Source: Bacillota bacterium
GTDB taxonomy: Bacteria > Bacillota > Sulfobacillia > Sulfobacillales > Sulfobacillaceae
Reading direction: 5' to 3'
Length of the DNA stretch: 36,836 bases
Assembly: GCA_023488565.1 (NCBI GenBank)
Contig: JAMDDZ010000104.1
Span: forward strand, 1-36,836
The position numbers and the translations under genes are program-made. Under the pieces are notes generated by a model. That model did no database searches. It saw nothing but the letters and a program-made list of their open reading frames with translations, and was not told the origin of the DNA. Positions 1-8,362 of the stretch are shown one piece after another. Each line of letters begins with the position of its first letter. The stretch's first letter is position 1.

Positions 1-141
1 GGGATCCTCTCCCAATTGGCGGCCGCGCTCAATAAGATACCAGGCACCTCCAAGGATGGCCATCACCATAAAGATTCCATACCAATGCACACCCAAGGGA
101 CCTATTTTAAAGGCGAACGGATGTAACTTAGCGACGTACAT
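1..141 (-). CDS. lgt: prolipoprotein diacylglyceryl transferase, N-terminal 47 codons only (gene runs off the left edge)
   Basis: Too short for the ORF track. Minus-strand ATG at 141..139 is preceded by GGAGGA (153..148). Translation MYVAKLHPFAFKIGPLGVHWYGIFMVMAILGGAWYLIERGRQLGEDP fits the conserved Lgt N-terminus (F.IGP..I.WYGI). Confidence 0.7.
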   Translation of the reverse strand, partial: MYVAKLHPFAFKIGPLGVHWYGIFMVMAILGGAWYLIERGRQLGEDP

Positions 142-152
142 AGATTCTCCTC

Positions 153-1421
153 CTATAGGGTGCGAAAGACGTCATCAGCAGCGCGTAATGTCGCCTCTAT
201 CACCTCGTCTGAGTGGGCGTGAGACACAAATACCGTTTCAAAGGGCGACGGCGGAAAGTATATTCCCCGCTCCAGCATGCCATGAAAGAACCTGCGATAC
301 CGATCACGGTCGGTTTGCTCCACTTCGGCAAAATTGGCGGGCGGTCTTTCGCTAAAAAACAGCGTAAACATGCCCCCTATTGCATTGGTGGCGGCAGGTA
401 TCCCCCTGCGATCGGCCATAGCCACCAACTGACTGGCTAGGTGTTGGGTCCTTTGCTCCAAGCTCAGGTAAAACTCGGGGCCGCCGATAGTCTTTAATTG
501 CGCAGCTCCCGCGGCTACCGCAATGGGATTGCCGGAAAAGGTGCCAGCTTGATACACAGGTCCTAACGGTGCTACCCAGGACATGTATTCCCGTTTGCCC
601 CCATAGGCTCCAAGCGGCATTCCAGCGCCAATGACTTTGGCCATAGAAATCAGATCCGGAACTAAGCCAAATTTCTTCATGGCTCCGCCCCATGCTACGC
701 GAAATCCGGTCATGACCTCATCTACGACCCAAAGCGCGCCATGCTTATGCGCTAAATTCTGGACCGCTGCCAAATAACCCGGTTGGGGCAGCACCGTCCC
801 CATGTTCCCCGCGACCGGTTCCATTATCACCGCCGCTATTTCACTGCCATATTCATCAAACGCTGCGGTTAAGGCGTCAACGTCGTTATATGGTACGGTA
901 ATCGTCAACGCCGCCAACTGAGCCGGCACTCCAGCCGAGTCAGGAACCCCCAAGGTTGCTGCTCCTGACCCCGCCTTAATTAACAGAGAATCATGGTGGC
1001 CATGATAACACCCGGCAAATTTCACCACCCGGTGTCGTCCGGTGACCGCTCGCGCCACCCTCAGAGCCGACATCGTCGCCTCCGTGCCCGAATTGACCAA
1101 GCGCACAATATCCAATCCCGGCACTTCGCGTGTAAGCAATTCGGCATAGGTCACTTCCTGTACCGTGGGGGCGCCATATCCCAGTCCTAAACTTGCTTGA
1201 TGCGTTACCGCTTGTACTACTTCGGGAGCCGCGTGGCCCAAAATCAACGGGCCGTAACCCATGACATAATCGGTTAAAGTACGCCCGTCTTCTGTCATAA
1301 GATAGGGACCTTGTCCTGATTTAACAAAAAACGGTGTGCCCCCGACACCCCGAAAAGAACGAACGGGGCTGTTAACCCCCCCCGGCATCACGGCTTGCGC
1401 CCGCTGCCACCAATCTGTCAT
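153..1421 (-). CDS. hemL: glutamate-1-semialdehyde 2,1-aminomutase
   Basis: 422 aa. N-terminus ..AQAVMPGGVNSPVRSFRGVGGTPFF.. and the class-III aminotransferase body are typical of HemL. AAGGAGG lies upstream of the ATG. Confidence 0.95.
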   Translation of the reverse strand: MTDWWQRAQAVMPGGVNSPVRSFRGVGGTPFFVKSGQGPYLMTEDGRTLTDYVMGYGPLILGHAAPEVVQAVTHQASLGLGYGAPTVQEVTYAELLTREVPGLDIVRLVNSGTEATMSALRVARAVTGRHRVVKFAGCYHGHHDSLLIKAGSGAATLGVPDSAGVPAQLAALTITVPYNDVDALTAAFDEYGSEIAAVIMEPVAGNMGTVLPQPGYLAAVQNLAHKHGALWVVDEVMTGFRVAWGGAMKKFGLVPDLISMAKVIGAGMPLGAYGGKREYMSWVAPLGPVYQAGTFSGNPIAVAAGAAQLKTIGGPEFYLSLEQRTQHLASQLVAMADRRGIPAATNAIGGMFTLFFSERPPANFAEVEQTDRDRYRRFFHGMLERGIYFPPSPFETVFVSHAHSDEVIEATLRAADDVFRTL

Positions 1422-1460
1422 AACATCCTCCTTGCCAACTTGTGATCATCATTGACGTCA

Positions 1461-2534
1461 TTACACATTAAATCGAAAATTGACCAGGTCTCCGTCTTTC
1501 ATCAGATAATCCTTGCCTTCAAGCCTTACCAGTCCTAAGTCCCGTGCCTTGGCCATTGTGTTAGCGCGTACCAAATCGTCAAATGCCACCACTTCAGCAC
1601 GGATAAAGCCACGTTCAATGTCGGAATGAATTTTTCCCGCAGCTTGTTTGGCAACCGTACCTTTTCTAATCGTCCAGGCCCGCACCTCATCTTCGCCAGC
1701 AGTAAGAAACGAAATTAGCCCCAATTTTCGGTACATCGCGCTGGCAACCCGGGCTAAACCGGTGTCATGGGCACCGAGATCCTCCATAAAGATCGCCCGA
1801 TCTTCATCGGATAGCTCTTCTATTTCTTGTTCCAATGCCGCAGCCATGGTGACCAGGGGAACCTCTTTAGACGAGGCGAGTTCAGCAATCGCTGCGCTAT
1901 CTTGGTAATTTTGCGCTTTAAATTGGGATTCATCCAAATTCACAACCCAAATCACGGGCTTTAATGTCAAAAATTGATATCCCCGAATCCATCGCAATTC
2001 GTCTTCATCAAGATTCAATTGATTTAGTCGTTGGTTGTTTTCCAAAGCGTCGGCCAATCGTTCCACCACTGCTAATTCATCTTGTTGCTCCCGCGTCACT
2101 TTCTTTCCAGTGCGAATGCGGTCTTTTCGCTTCTCTAACAGATCTAAGTCAGAAAGCATGAGTTCCAGTTCCATTTCTTCCAGATCGGCCAAGGGAGTAG
2201 CCGATTCGCCCAGATCGTTGGTAAATCCCCTCACTACTAGAATTAAGGCATCCACTAAACGCACGTCATTTAAGAAGCGGTTTGGTCCGCCGGTGTCCGA
2301 CCGACTGAGTCCCGGAACATCAACCACCGATAACTGAGCTGCCGTTACTTTTTTAGGATGGTACAGGTCTGACAGCCACTGTAACCGGCTGTCGGGTATG
2401 GGAGCCAATGCTTGACGCGATTCAGCCCGAGCTCCGCCGAACTGATTCACCTCAATTTTTGAATGGGTTAGCAAATTAAACACGGTGGTCTTGCCAGAAC
2501 GCGGCAAGCCTATCAATCCGACGTCCACTGTCAT
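1461..2534 (-). CDS. ychF: ribosome-binding ATPase YchF (Obg-like P-loop NTPase with C-terminal TGS domain)
   Basis: 357 aa. P-loop GLIGLPRSGKTTVFN, an NLDE specificity motif, and a C-terminal ..GKDYLMKDGDLVNFRFNV typical of YchF. Confidence 0.9.
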   Translation of the reverse strand: MTVDVGLIGLPRSGKTTVFNLLTHSKIEVNQFGGARAESRQALAPIPDSRLQWLSDLYHPKKVTAAQLSVVDVPGLSRSDTGGPNRFLNDVRLVDALILVVRGFTNDLGESATPLADLEEMELELMLSDLDLLEKRKDRIRTGKKVTREQQDELAVVERLADALENNQRLNQLNLDEDELRWIRGYQFLTLKPVIWVVNLDESQFKAQNYQDSAAIAELASSKEVPLVTMAAALEQEIEELSDEDRAIFMEDLGAHDTGLARVASAMYRKLGLISFLTAGEDEVRAWTIRKGTVAKQAAGKIHSDIERGFIRAEVVAFDDLVRANTMAKARDLGLVRLEGKDYLMKDGDLVNFRFNV

Positions 2535-2584
2535 CCTCCATTTCTCACCCGATTATAACCAATGCTGCCAGTTAAGCCAACGCC

Positions 2585-2616
2585 AAAAGACGCCGGTCAA
2601 ATGACCGACGCCTTTT
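2585..2616 (-). terminator. rho-independent terminator downstream of the small CDS 2631..2792
   Basis: Minus-strand RNA AAAAGGCGUCGGUC-AUUU-GACCGGCGUCUUUU forms a 14-bp stem (two G.U pairs) ending in a U run. Both mismatches become wobble pairs only in the minus orientation. Confidence 0.6.
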
Positions 2617-2630
2617 TCAGCACCGAATCC

Positions 2631-2792
2631 TTATCCCTGATCCGGGTCATTGATGACGACTGGCGTCTTTTTAAATGCTCGTTCAGGGCGATTGCCTTCA
2701 TCGGCATTAAGGTCGATACCCAATTCCCGGGCCACCTCTTGCTGAAAACGTTCTTGGCTGAATCGACGCACCGTCTTTTTATCCTCGGCCAT
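2631..2792 (-). CDS. small 53-aa protein with an alpha/beta-type SASP-like N-terminal motif (atypical or truncated)
   Basis: Below the ORF-track length cutoff. ATG at 2792 lies 8 nt downstream of GGAGGT (2806..2801), and a terminator follows. Translation is MAEDKKTVRRFSQERFQQEVARELGIDLNADEGNRPERAFKKTPVVINDPDQG. E-V-A-x-E-L-G-I-x-L-x-A-D matches the first alpha/beta SASP signature. The second (GSVGGEITKRLV-like) signature is absent. The plus-strand ORF 2562..2825 is its shadow. Confidence 0.5.
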   Translation of the reverse strand: MAEDKKTVRRFSQERFQQEVARELGIDLNADEGNRPERAFKKTPVVINDPDQG

Positions 2793-2869
2793 TTGGCTTC
2801 ACCTCCCGGTTATCTCCGGGAATAGTGTGGCCACTAGCGAGGGCTCTCAGCCATTTAAGTGTTGCACTA

Positions 2870-3316
2870 TTAGGCTTTAGGCGGCAAAGTTTCCAAAAGC
2901 TTGCCGTTTAAATAGATATTGGCTTCAATGGCCGCGGTAGCAGATAACATAGCCGAAACGCTGCAATATTTTTCCTGACTCAAATGAACCGCACGGGATA
3001 TCTTATCACTAGCAGACTCGTCGGCCTGGAATCGGTAGTTTAACTGAATGGTGCGGTATGTCTTGGGATGATCGGGTTGCCTGGTACCGTCAATATCCAT
3101 GCGAAAATCTTCGAATGGAATCCGCATTTTGTTAAGAATCGATACCACATCGATCCCGGTACAGCCTCCCAAGGCAATTAATGTCAACTCCATGGGGCGC
3201 ACCCCTTGATTTTGACCGCCAACTTCGGGGGCCGAATCAATAGTGATTGAATGGCCCGACTCGGAATGGCCCACAAACTTCATTCCACCGGCAAACTCTA
3301 CTTCTGCAACGGGCAT
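2870..3316 (-). CDS. OsmC/Ohr family peroxiredoxin-like protein
   Basis: 148 aa. ..RPMELTLIALGGCTGIDVVSIL.. and ..SQEKYCSVSAML.. contain the two conserved Cys regions of the OsmC family. GAGGAGG RBS. Confidence 0.85.
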   Translation of the reverse strand: MPVAEVEFAGGMKFVGHSESGHSITIDSAPEVGGQNQGVRPMELTLIALGGCTGIDVVSILNKMRIPFEDFRMDIDGTRQPDHPKTYRTIQLNYRFQADESASDKISRAVHLSQEKYCSVSAMLSATAAIEANIYLNGKLLETLPPKA

Positions 3317-3356
3317 CGCCTAAAACCTCCTCAATACGGGCTTTTTAAGAATTTCC

Positions 3357-4043
3357 TTATGATGATATAGCGACAATGCGGAACGCATCAGGTAAAATCG
3401 GCTCGGTGTCCCACGCAGGATGCGTTTGAACCGCGTGGTCCCTCTCGGTTTCACTGGCAAAACAGCGTTGCCATCGGTCGCATTGTTCGCAAGCGGCACT
3501 GATTTCCCTGACCGGCAACTTTCGTAACTGCTGATATTCCCGTGCTAGCTGTACCCGCGTCAAGACCCACGCTTCCCATGCTGGATCACCGTCACTATGA
3601 TATGTCAATCGGCCATGAGTCTCTCGCGACTCCACGACCAGCCGCCCTCCCTTGAATTCTCCAAGGGCCAAGTACAACTGCAATTGAGCCCAATGTTGGA
3701 TCAGCGGCCCTTCGTTGGCAATACGGATAAACTTCTCATGGCTGACGGTCTTATATTCGATCACCAAAGGTCCTTGGGCATCGTCCAGTACCGCATCAAT
3801 GCGCCCGGAAATGCCCCGGTCCAAATCCCGGATCGGTGCCTCTATTGCGCGTACCGACTCCTTTTGCAACAATTCTTGCTGGAACGTTTTGTGCAATGTG
3901 CTACCGGCGCGCATCGCTGCTTGCGACTCGGGCGTGATCAAACGGCCAAAGCCAAGAAGTTCCATGACCGCGTAACGGAGGCAGTGACCGGCCATTGACG
4001 GAGGGAACAGTCTCGGTGCCCTTTTAGTCTTTTCCGAACGCAC
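3357..4043 (-). CDS. Cas4-like PD-(D/E)XK nuclease with a four-cysteine (4Fe-4S type) arrangement
   Basis: 228 aa, GTG start with GGAGGG 9 nt upstream. N-terminal Cys (MAGHCLRY), motif II GRIDAV, motif III VIEYKT, QxxxY (QLQLYL) and C-terminal CEQCDRWQRC (CX2CX5C). Confidence 0.75.
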   Translation of the reverse strand: MRSEKTKRAPRLFPPSMAGHCLRYAVMELLGFGRLITPESQAAMRAGSTLHKTFQQELLQKESVRAIEAPIRDLDRGISGRIDAVLDDAQGPLVIEYKTVSHEKFIRIANEGPLIQHWAQLQLYLALGEFKGGRLVVESRETHGRLTYHSDGDPAWEAWVLTRVQLAREYQQLRKLPVREISAACEQCDRWQRCFASETERDHAVQTHPAWDTEPILPDAFRIVAISS

Positions 4044-4065
4044 ATTCGTTCCCTCCGATTTTCCC

Positions 4066-4788
4066 TCAGCGATATTGATCTCCCGGCTGCAAAACCTGAA
4101 CCTCGATGGCTTCCCCTGCTAACAAATCCTTCAACGCATCCGGACTTCCGGTAAGTACGTCAAAGGTCCCATAATGCATTGGAATGATGACTTTAGGGGC
4201 CAATAGTCTTGCAGCGTAGGCGGCTTCTTTGGGACCCATGGTAAAATGCCCTCCGATGGGCAACAGAGCCACATCCGGAGCATAAAGTGTGCGGATATGC
4301 TGCATGTCACCGAACACATTAGTGTCCCCTGCATGATAGATACTCATGCCGTTCTCTAAGGTTACTACGTATCCTCCGGCCTCACCGCCATAAATCATTC
4401 CCGATTCCCCAGAAATTCCCGAGCTATGATCAGCGTAAACCATGGTTGCCCGTATTTCTCCCAATTCCAAGGTCCCGCCTTTATTCATTCCAATCGTGTT
4501 AGTTGCCCCATGTTGCTCTACGTACTGCGCAATCTCAAAATTGGCTATCACTACGGCTCCAGTATGCTGAGCCAATGGCACGGCGCTTCCTAAGTGGTCA
4601 AAATGGCCATGGCTGATAAAAATGTAATCGACGGGTCCCCACTGGGTCAAATCATTATAATTGGGCGGACATTTGGGATTGCCCTCGTTGCCCAGCCAGG
4701 GATCAAACACCAGTGTCTTGCCGCCGGGGGTTTTTACGATAAAACTGGCGTGCCCCAGCCAGGTGATTTCCGTACCTTCCAATGTCAT
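4066..4788 (-). CDS. metal-dependent hydrolase, metallo-beta-lactamase fold (UPF0173/YtkL-like)
   Basis: 240 aa. ITWLGHASF.., HGHFDHLG metal-binding motif. Confidence 0.85.
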   Translation of the reverse strand: MTLEGTEITWLGHASFIVKTPGGKTLVFDPWLGNEGNPKCPPNYNDLTQWGPVDYIFISHGHFDHLGSAVPLAQHTGAVVIANFEIAQYVEQHGATNTIGMNKGGTLELGEIRATMVYADHSSGISGESGMIYGGEAGGYVVTLENGMSIYHAGDTNVFGDMQHIRTLYAPDVALLPIGGHFTMGPKEAAYAARLLAPKVIIPMHYGTFDVLTGSPDALKDLLAGEAIEVQVLQPGDQYR

Positions 4789-4806
4789 AGGAAGTCCCTC
4801 CTTTTA

Positions 4807-5463
4807 TTAATCGTTTTGTCCCATAATCCAGTGCAATGCGGCTGCCCATGATGTGTAAACACTATCTGCACCAGCTTGGACTAAGTCGTCGACCGTAAAT
4901 GTATTATACGCCAATCCCAAAGCCCGGCAGCCCGCAGATTTTGCCGCCTGCATGTCATAGGGACTGTCACCAATGTAGACCACGCTATGGGGATCGGCAG
5001 AAAGCATGCGCAGGGCTTCTAATATTGGATCGGGACGAGGTTTGTGCTGTGCGGTGCTGTCATGGTGCACCACCACCGAAAAGTAAGCCCACAGATCAAA
5101 CATTTCCAATCCATGTTGTGCCATGTCCAAGCGCTTTGAGGTAACCAGACCCAGTGGGTATCCAGCTTGATATAGACTTTTTAATGCCTGATCGGCTCCG
5201 GGTATCAGACCAATATGGCGATCATGCTCTAAGTGGTTATGGGTGCGATAAATCTCCACTAAACGATCAATATCCGAAGACGATAGTTCGGGACGCATCT
5301 GGCGGAATTGATCATCTAATGTTTGCCCAAAATAAATCAGCAGCTCGCGATCCGACACGGTTTGTCCCAATCCCACCTCAAACGTATAATGAAAACTCGA
5401 CAATATCAGATCCATCGTGTCAAGGATCGTGCCGTCAAGATCACAGAGCACATGACTAATCAT
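4807..5463 (-). CDS. HAD-superfamily phosphatase (PpaX/phosphoglycolate phosphatase-like)
   Basis: Motif I DLDGTILDT, VTSK and GDSPYD motifs. The track ORF starts at 5487. I prefer the ATG at 5463 (MISHVLCDLDGT), which puts motif I at the usual distance and overlaps the upstream stop by 8 nt (ATGATTAG). Confidence 0.8.
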   Translation of the reverse strand: MISHVLCDLDGTILDTMDLILSSFHYTFEVGLGQTVSDRELLIYFGQTLDDQFRQMRPELSSSDIDRLVEIYRTHNHLEHDRHIGLIPGADQALKSLYQAGYPLGLVTSKRLDMAQHGLEMFDLWAYFSVVVHHDSTAQHKPRPDPILEALRMLSADPHSVVYIGDSPYDMQAAKSAGCRALGLAYNTFTVDDLVQAGADSVYTSWAAALHWIMGQND

Positions 5464-6331
5464 GGCGTTGTGACCATCGTAGAACATAACTGGATTCGTC
5501 GTCGGCTTGAAAACCTAACGCTTTATGGGCTGCAAACAGCGTTTGTGCCGATGCCCCGAGAGGAGCGGAAAACCCCAAGCTATCCGCCAATGCTAACGCC
5601 AGATCCAGATCCTTTAGACGGTTAGCCACCGAAAATCCGGGGCTAAAATCATGCCGACGCACACGATCCGCAATTTTTGTTACCTCGAACGACTGCGCCG
5701 AACCATGCGTCATGACTGCCTCTAGCGCATCCAATGACAATCCCGCTTGCAGACCGAGCCGAATGCCTTCCGCGGCAGCCATTAGATTCAAAGCCGACAC
5801 TAAATTGGACACAACTTTCAATGCTTGCCCTTTCCCTGTAGGCCCCACACGCAATACAAATTTGCCCATCAAAGTAAGATATGGTTCAATTCGACGATAG
5901 CTCTCCGGATCTGAGCCCACCATAATCGTCAAAGTAGCATTTTTTGCCCCCACATCCCCACCGGTTACCGGCGCGTCGCACCACTGTGCCCCTTTTTCGG
6001 CCACGCGAGCCCCTAAGACTTCGGTCAATCGAACCGATACGGTGGAATGGTCGACAATGATTTGATCCGGGCCCATTACGGAAATAACGCCGTCATCGCC
6101 CTCCATGACGGATTCCAAGGCTTGGTCATCGCTCACCATCACAAAGATAATATCCGATGCTTCGGCCACCTGCCTCGGGCTAGAAGCCAAATTAGCACCC
6201 TTTGCCGCCAATCGCTCGGCTTTTTCAACAGAGCGGTTATACACCGTCACCGGATGGTGTTGCAATAAATGTGCCGCCATCGGAAACCCCATAATGCCAA
6301 GCCCAATAAATCCGAGTCGTTCTGCCACCAA
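5456..6331 (-). CDS. NAD(P)-dependent beta-hydroxyacid dehydrogenase (3-hydroxyisobutyrate / 6-phosphogluconate dehydrogenase-like family)
   Basis: 291 aa. Rossmann motif GFIGLGIMGFPMA, typical family length and C-terminal helical domain. Confidence 0.85.
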   Translation of the reverse strand: MVAERLGFIGLGIMGFPMAAHLLQHHPVTVYNRSVEKAERLAAKGANLASSPRQVAEASDIIFVMVSDDQALESVMEGDDGVISVMGPDQIIVDHSTVSVRLTEVLGARVAEKGAQWCDAPVTGGDVGAKNATLTIMVGSDPESYRRIEPYLTLMGKFVLRVGPTGKGQALKVVSNLVSALNLMAAAEGIRLGLQAGLSLDALEAVMTHGSAQSFEVTKIADRVRRHDFSPGFSVANRLKDLDLALALADSLGFSAPLGASAQTLFAAHKALGFQADDESSYVLRWSQRHD

Positions 6332-6404
6332 ATGCCCGCCTTTCCGCCCTTAAGTTACTTTGCGGGAAGTAATTACGATCAGATCTTACCATTAACGGTG
6401 CAAC

Positions 6405-7013
6405 TCATCCAAGATGATCATCAGAAATTGGATGATAAGGTGAGGGGTGGTTGGGGTCTACCAAAACACGATACTGATCTATTACTTTTTTTAGGTCCTC
6501 CCAAGCAAGAACTTTCCAGGCCGGATTCCGCAGCAAAGCTGCAGGATGAAAGGTCGGCATTAACCACATGGTTTGATATTGATGCCACTGACCATGAACC
6601 CGGGTGACCCGCGCCTCGGGCCCCAAAAAACTTTGAATTGCCGTTGAGCCCAACAGCACTATAATAGCGGGACGCAAAATCTCTAACTGGGATGCCAGGT
6701 GGGGACGACAAGACTCCCGTTCTTCAGGAAGGGGCACCCGATTACTGGGCGGGCGACACTTGACGACGTTGAGCACATAGGCGTTGCGCTGACGGTCAAA
6801 TCCCATAGCACTCATCATCTTATCCAGTAATTGTCCGGCGGGACCAACAAATGGCCGCAACAACCGATCTTCTTCGGCCCCTGGACCCTCACCGCAAAAC
6901 ACAATGCGACTGCTCTCTGCTCCCTCGCCGAACACCACCCCATGCGCGTTTTGCCGCAGCGCACAACGACGGCATTGCACCACTTCGGATTCCAAAATTT
7001 TTAACGGATGCAA
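6405..7013 (-). CDS. uracil-DNA glycosylase, family 4 (Fe-S containing type)
   Basis: 202 aa. CRRCAL.., GEGPGAEED.., PFVGPAGQLL.. motifs of family-4 UDG. TTG start with GGGAGGG 5 nt upstream. Confidence 0.9.
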   Translation of the reverse strand: MHPLKILESEVVQCRRCALRQNAHGVVFGEGAESSRIVFCGEGPGAEEDRLLRPFVGPAGQLLDKMMSAMGFDRQRNAYVLNVVKCRPPSNRVPLPEERESCRPHLASQLEILRPAIIVLLGSTAIQSFLGPEARVTRVHGQWHQYQTMWLMPTFHPAALLRNPAWKVLAWEDLKKVIDQYRVLVDPNHPSPYHPISDDHLG

Positions 7014-7242
7014 GGTTTCCCTCCCGAAACGATCCAGATCCAGCCGCCCGGGTAACCTCCATAGTAAAACCGAGGCGTGTGCATCAGGCTCTCATATTAT
7101 CATTTTAGTACAATCACTAAACGACCTCCACCAATCTCGTGACTTCTTCGTTATCCTGAAGACCAACATCATATGTCTTTGACGATTTTACATGGCTGCG
7201 GAATGGTTAATTTGTGTGCTAAATCCAAGGCCGTTTTTGCTG

Positions 7243-7248
7243 TATAAT
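7243..7248 (+). promoter_or_regulatory. candidate -10 box (TATAAT, with TG immediately upstream) for the copper/oxidase-biogenesis cluster
   Basis: A perfect TATAAT at 7243..7248. No convincing -35 element. It overlaps the track ATG at 7247, which supports the downstream start at 7283. Confidence 0.3.
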
Positions 7249-7282
7249 GACCGAGACGTCAATCGGAAGCGGAGGCCCGACA

Positions 7283-7711
7283 ATGGGAAGGCGAGGACAC
7301 AGGTATTATCTGTTAACGATAGCCACTCTGACAATCCTCGGCCTTTCGGGATGCGGTTCGCAAAATAACGCGATTGTATCGCCGCCCCAATCAGTGCATA
7401 ACAGTACCATGCAGGTCAAGATTAATTGGGCGCCAAACCCTTTAGTGGCCTTGAAAAACAATCACTTGACAGTCACCGTGAACAATTCTCAGGGACACCC
7501 CATTTCCCAAGGAGTCTCTGTGTCAATTCGCTTGGCTATGATTGGAATGAGCATGCCGCCCACTGTGGTTGCTATGCACACAGTGGCACCCCAAGCACAA
7601 TTCACCGGACAAGTGGTACCGGTGATGGCAGGCCCCTGGGCTTTGACCTTAACCGTCAACCACGAGGGGCACCATTTAACCCAAACCTGGAATGTGTTGG
7701 TGGATAACTAA
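7283..7711 (+). CDS. YtkA/CtaK-like (FixH-fold) lipoprotein, probable periplasmic-side copper-handling factor
   Basis: The start at 7283 (MGRRGH..) has GGAGG 8 nt upstream. Lipobox LSGC. Met-rich stretch IRLAMIGMSMPP and ..GPWALTLTV.. resemble the YtkA-like domain. Confidence 0.6.
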   Translation: MGRRGHRYYLLTIATLTILGLSGCGSQNNAIVSPPQSVHNSTMQVKINWAPNPLVALKNNHLTVTVNNSQGHPISQGVSVSIRLAMIGMSMPPTVVAMHTVAPQAQFTGQVVPVMAGPWALTLTVNHEGHHLTQTWNVLVDN

Positions 7712-7725
7712 GGAGGTTTTCCCAG

Positions 7726-8256
7726 ATGGAGGAGACACCAAACCGCGGTTGGCGTCTCGGCGCATTTGTGGTTTCATTAGCCAGTTATGCGGTGGCAGTG
7801 TCGTTGGGCATCCAACATCTAAGCTACCAGGCCGACCAAAAAGGTTGCGTGGACCAACATACCCTTCAATATAGTTGGATCCTTTTGACCGGGGTGGTTG
7901 CAGGCATTGCCGTGGGTCCTTGGCTATTTCACTGGACCAAGCGTGCGGTAAAGGCGTTAATGCCTGCGGTAAGTGAAAGTATTCGGCAAAAACGGATCCG
8001 CGCTGTCGCCATCGGATTTATCTTGCTCGGGATGGCGGTCGATTTTTTATGGATCATCCCCAGCCTAAATTTGTTTATCGATGTGCACCGCCCCTTGCTA
8101 GTGGAGGCTGACGTCATTTTGTACAGCATGGGCACCATATCGGGAGCTTCATGGTATGTTGTGCTGGATCGTCAGGCATGGTTAGGCCTTCTAATTATGC
8201 CGGCCATGGCTTTAATGATCGTCGGCAGTGTCTTAAGTCGTCACGGATGGTGTTGA
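7726..8256 (+). CDS. hypothetical integral membrane protein (4-5 predicted TM segments)
   Basis: 176 aa. AAGGAGG 9 nt upstream of the ATG. Hydrophobic segments throughout. No family recognised. Confidence 0.6.
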   Translation: MEETPNRGWRLGAFVVSLASYAVAVSLGIQHLSYQADQKGCVDQHTLQYSWILLTGVVAGIAVGPWLFHWTKRAVKALMPAVSESIRQKRIRAVAIGFILLGMAVDFLWIIPSLNLFIDVHRPLLVEADVILYSMGTISGASWYVVLDRQAWLGLLIMPAMALMIVGSVLSRHGWC

Positions 8257-8362
8257 TATTCTTGCCTGAATTTTGCGACCACACTCTAGGAAACTTTAAC
8301 GAAAACTCCTACAATACAAGACATAGTCTAATAGCCACTTCACGAATAAAGGGAGCGTATCT

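Noticed and set aside
1-30. BamHI (GGATCC) and NotI (GCGGCCGC) sites within the first 27 nt, which could suggest a cloning-vector junction.
   Set aside because: The segment translates in frame as the continuation of the Lgt N-terminus (..ERGRQLGEDP), so it is native coding sequence.
7699-7707. DnaA-box-like 9-mer GGTGGATAA (8 of 9 matches to TGTGGATAA).
   Set aside because: It is a single copy inside the end of a CDS. There is no cluster of boxes or AT-rich unwinding element, so this is not an origin.
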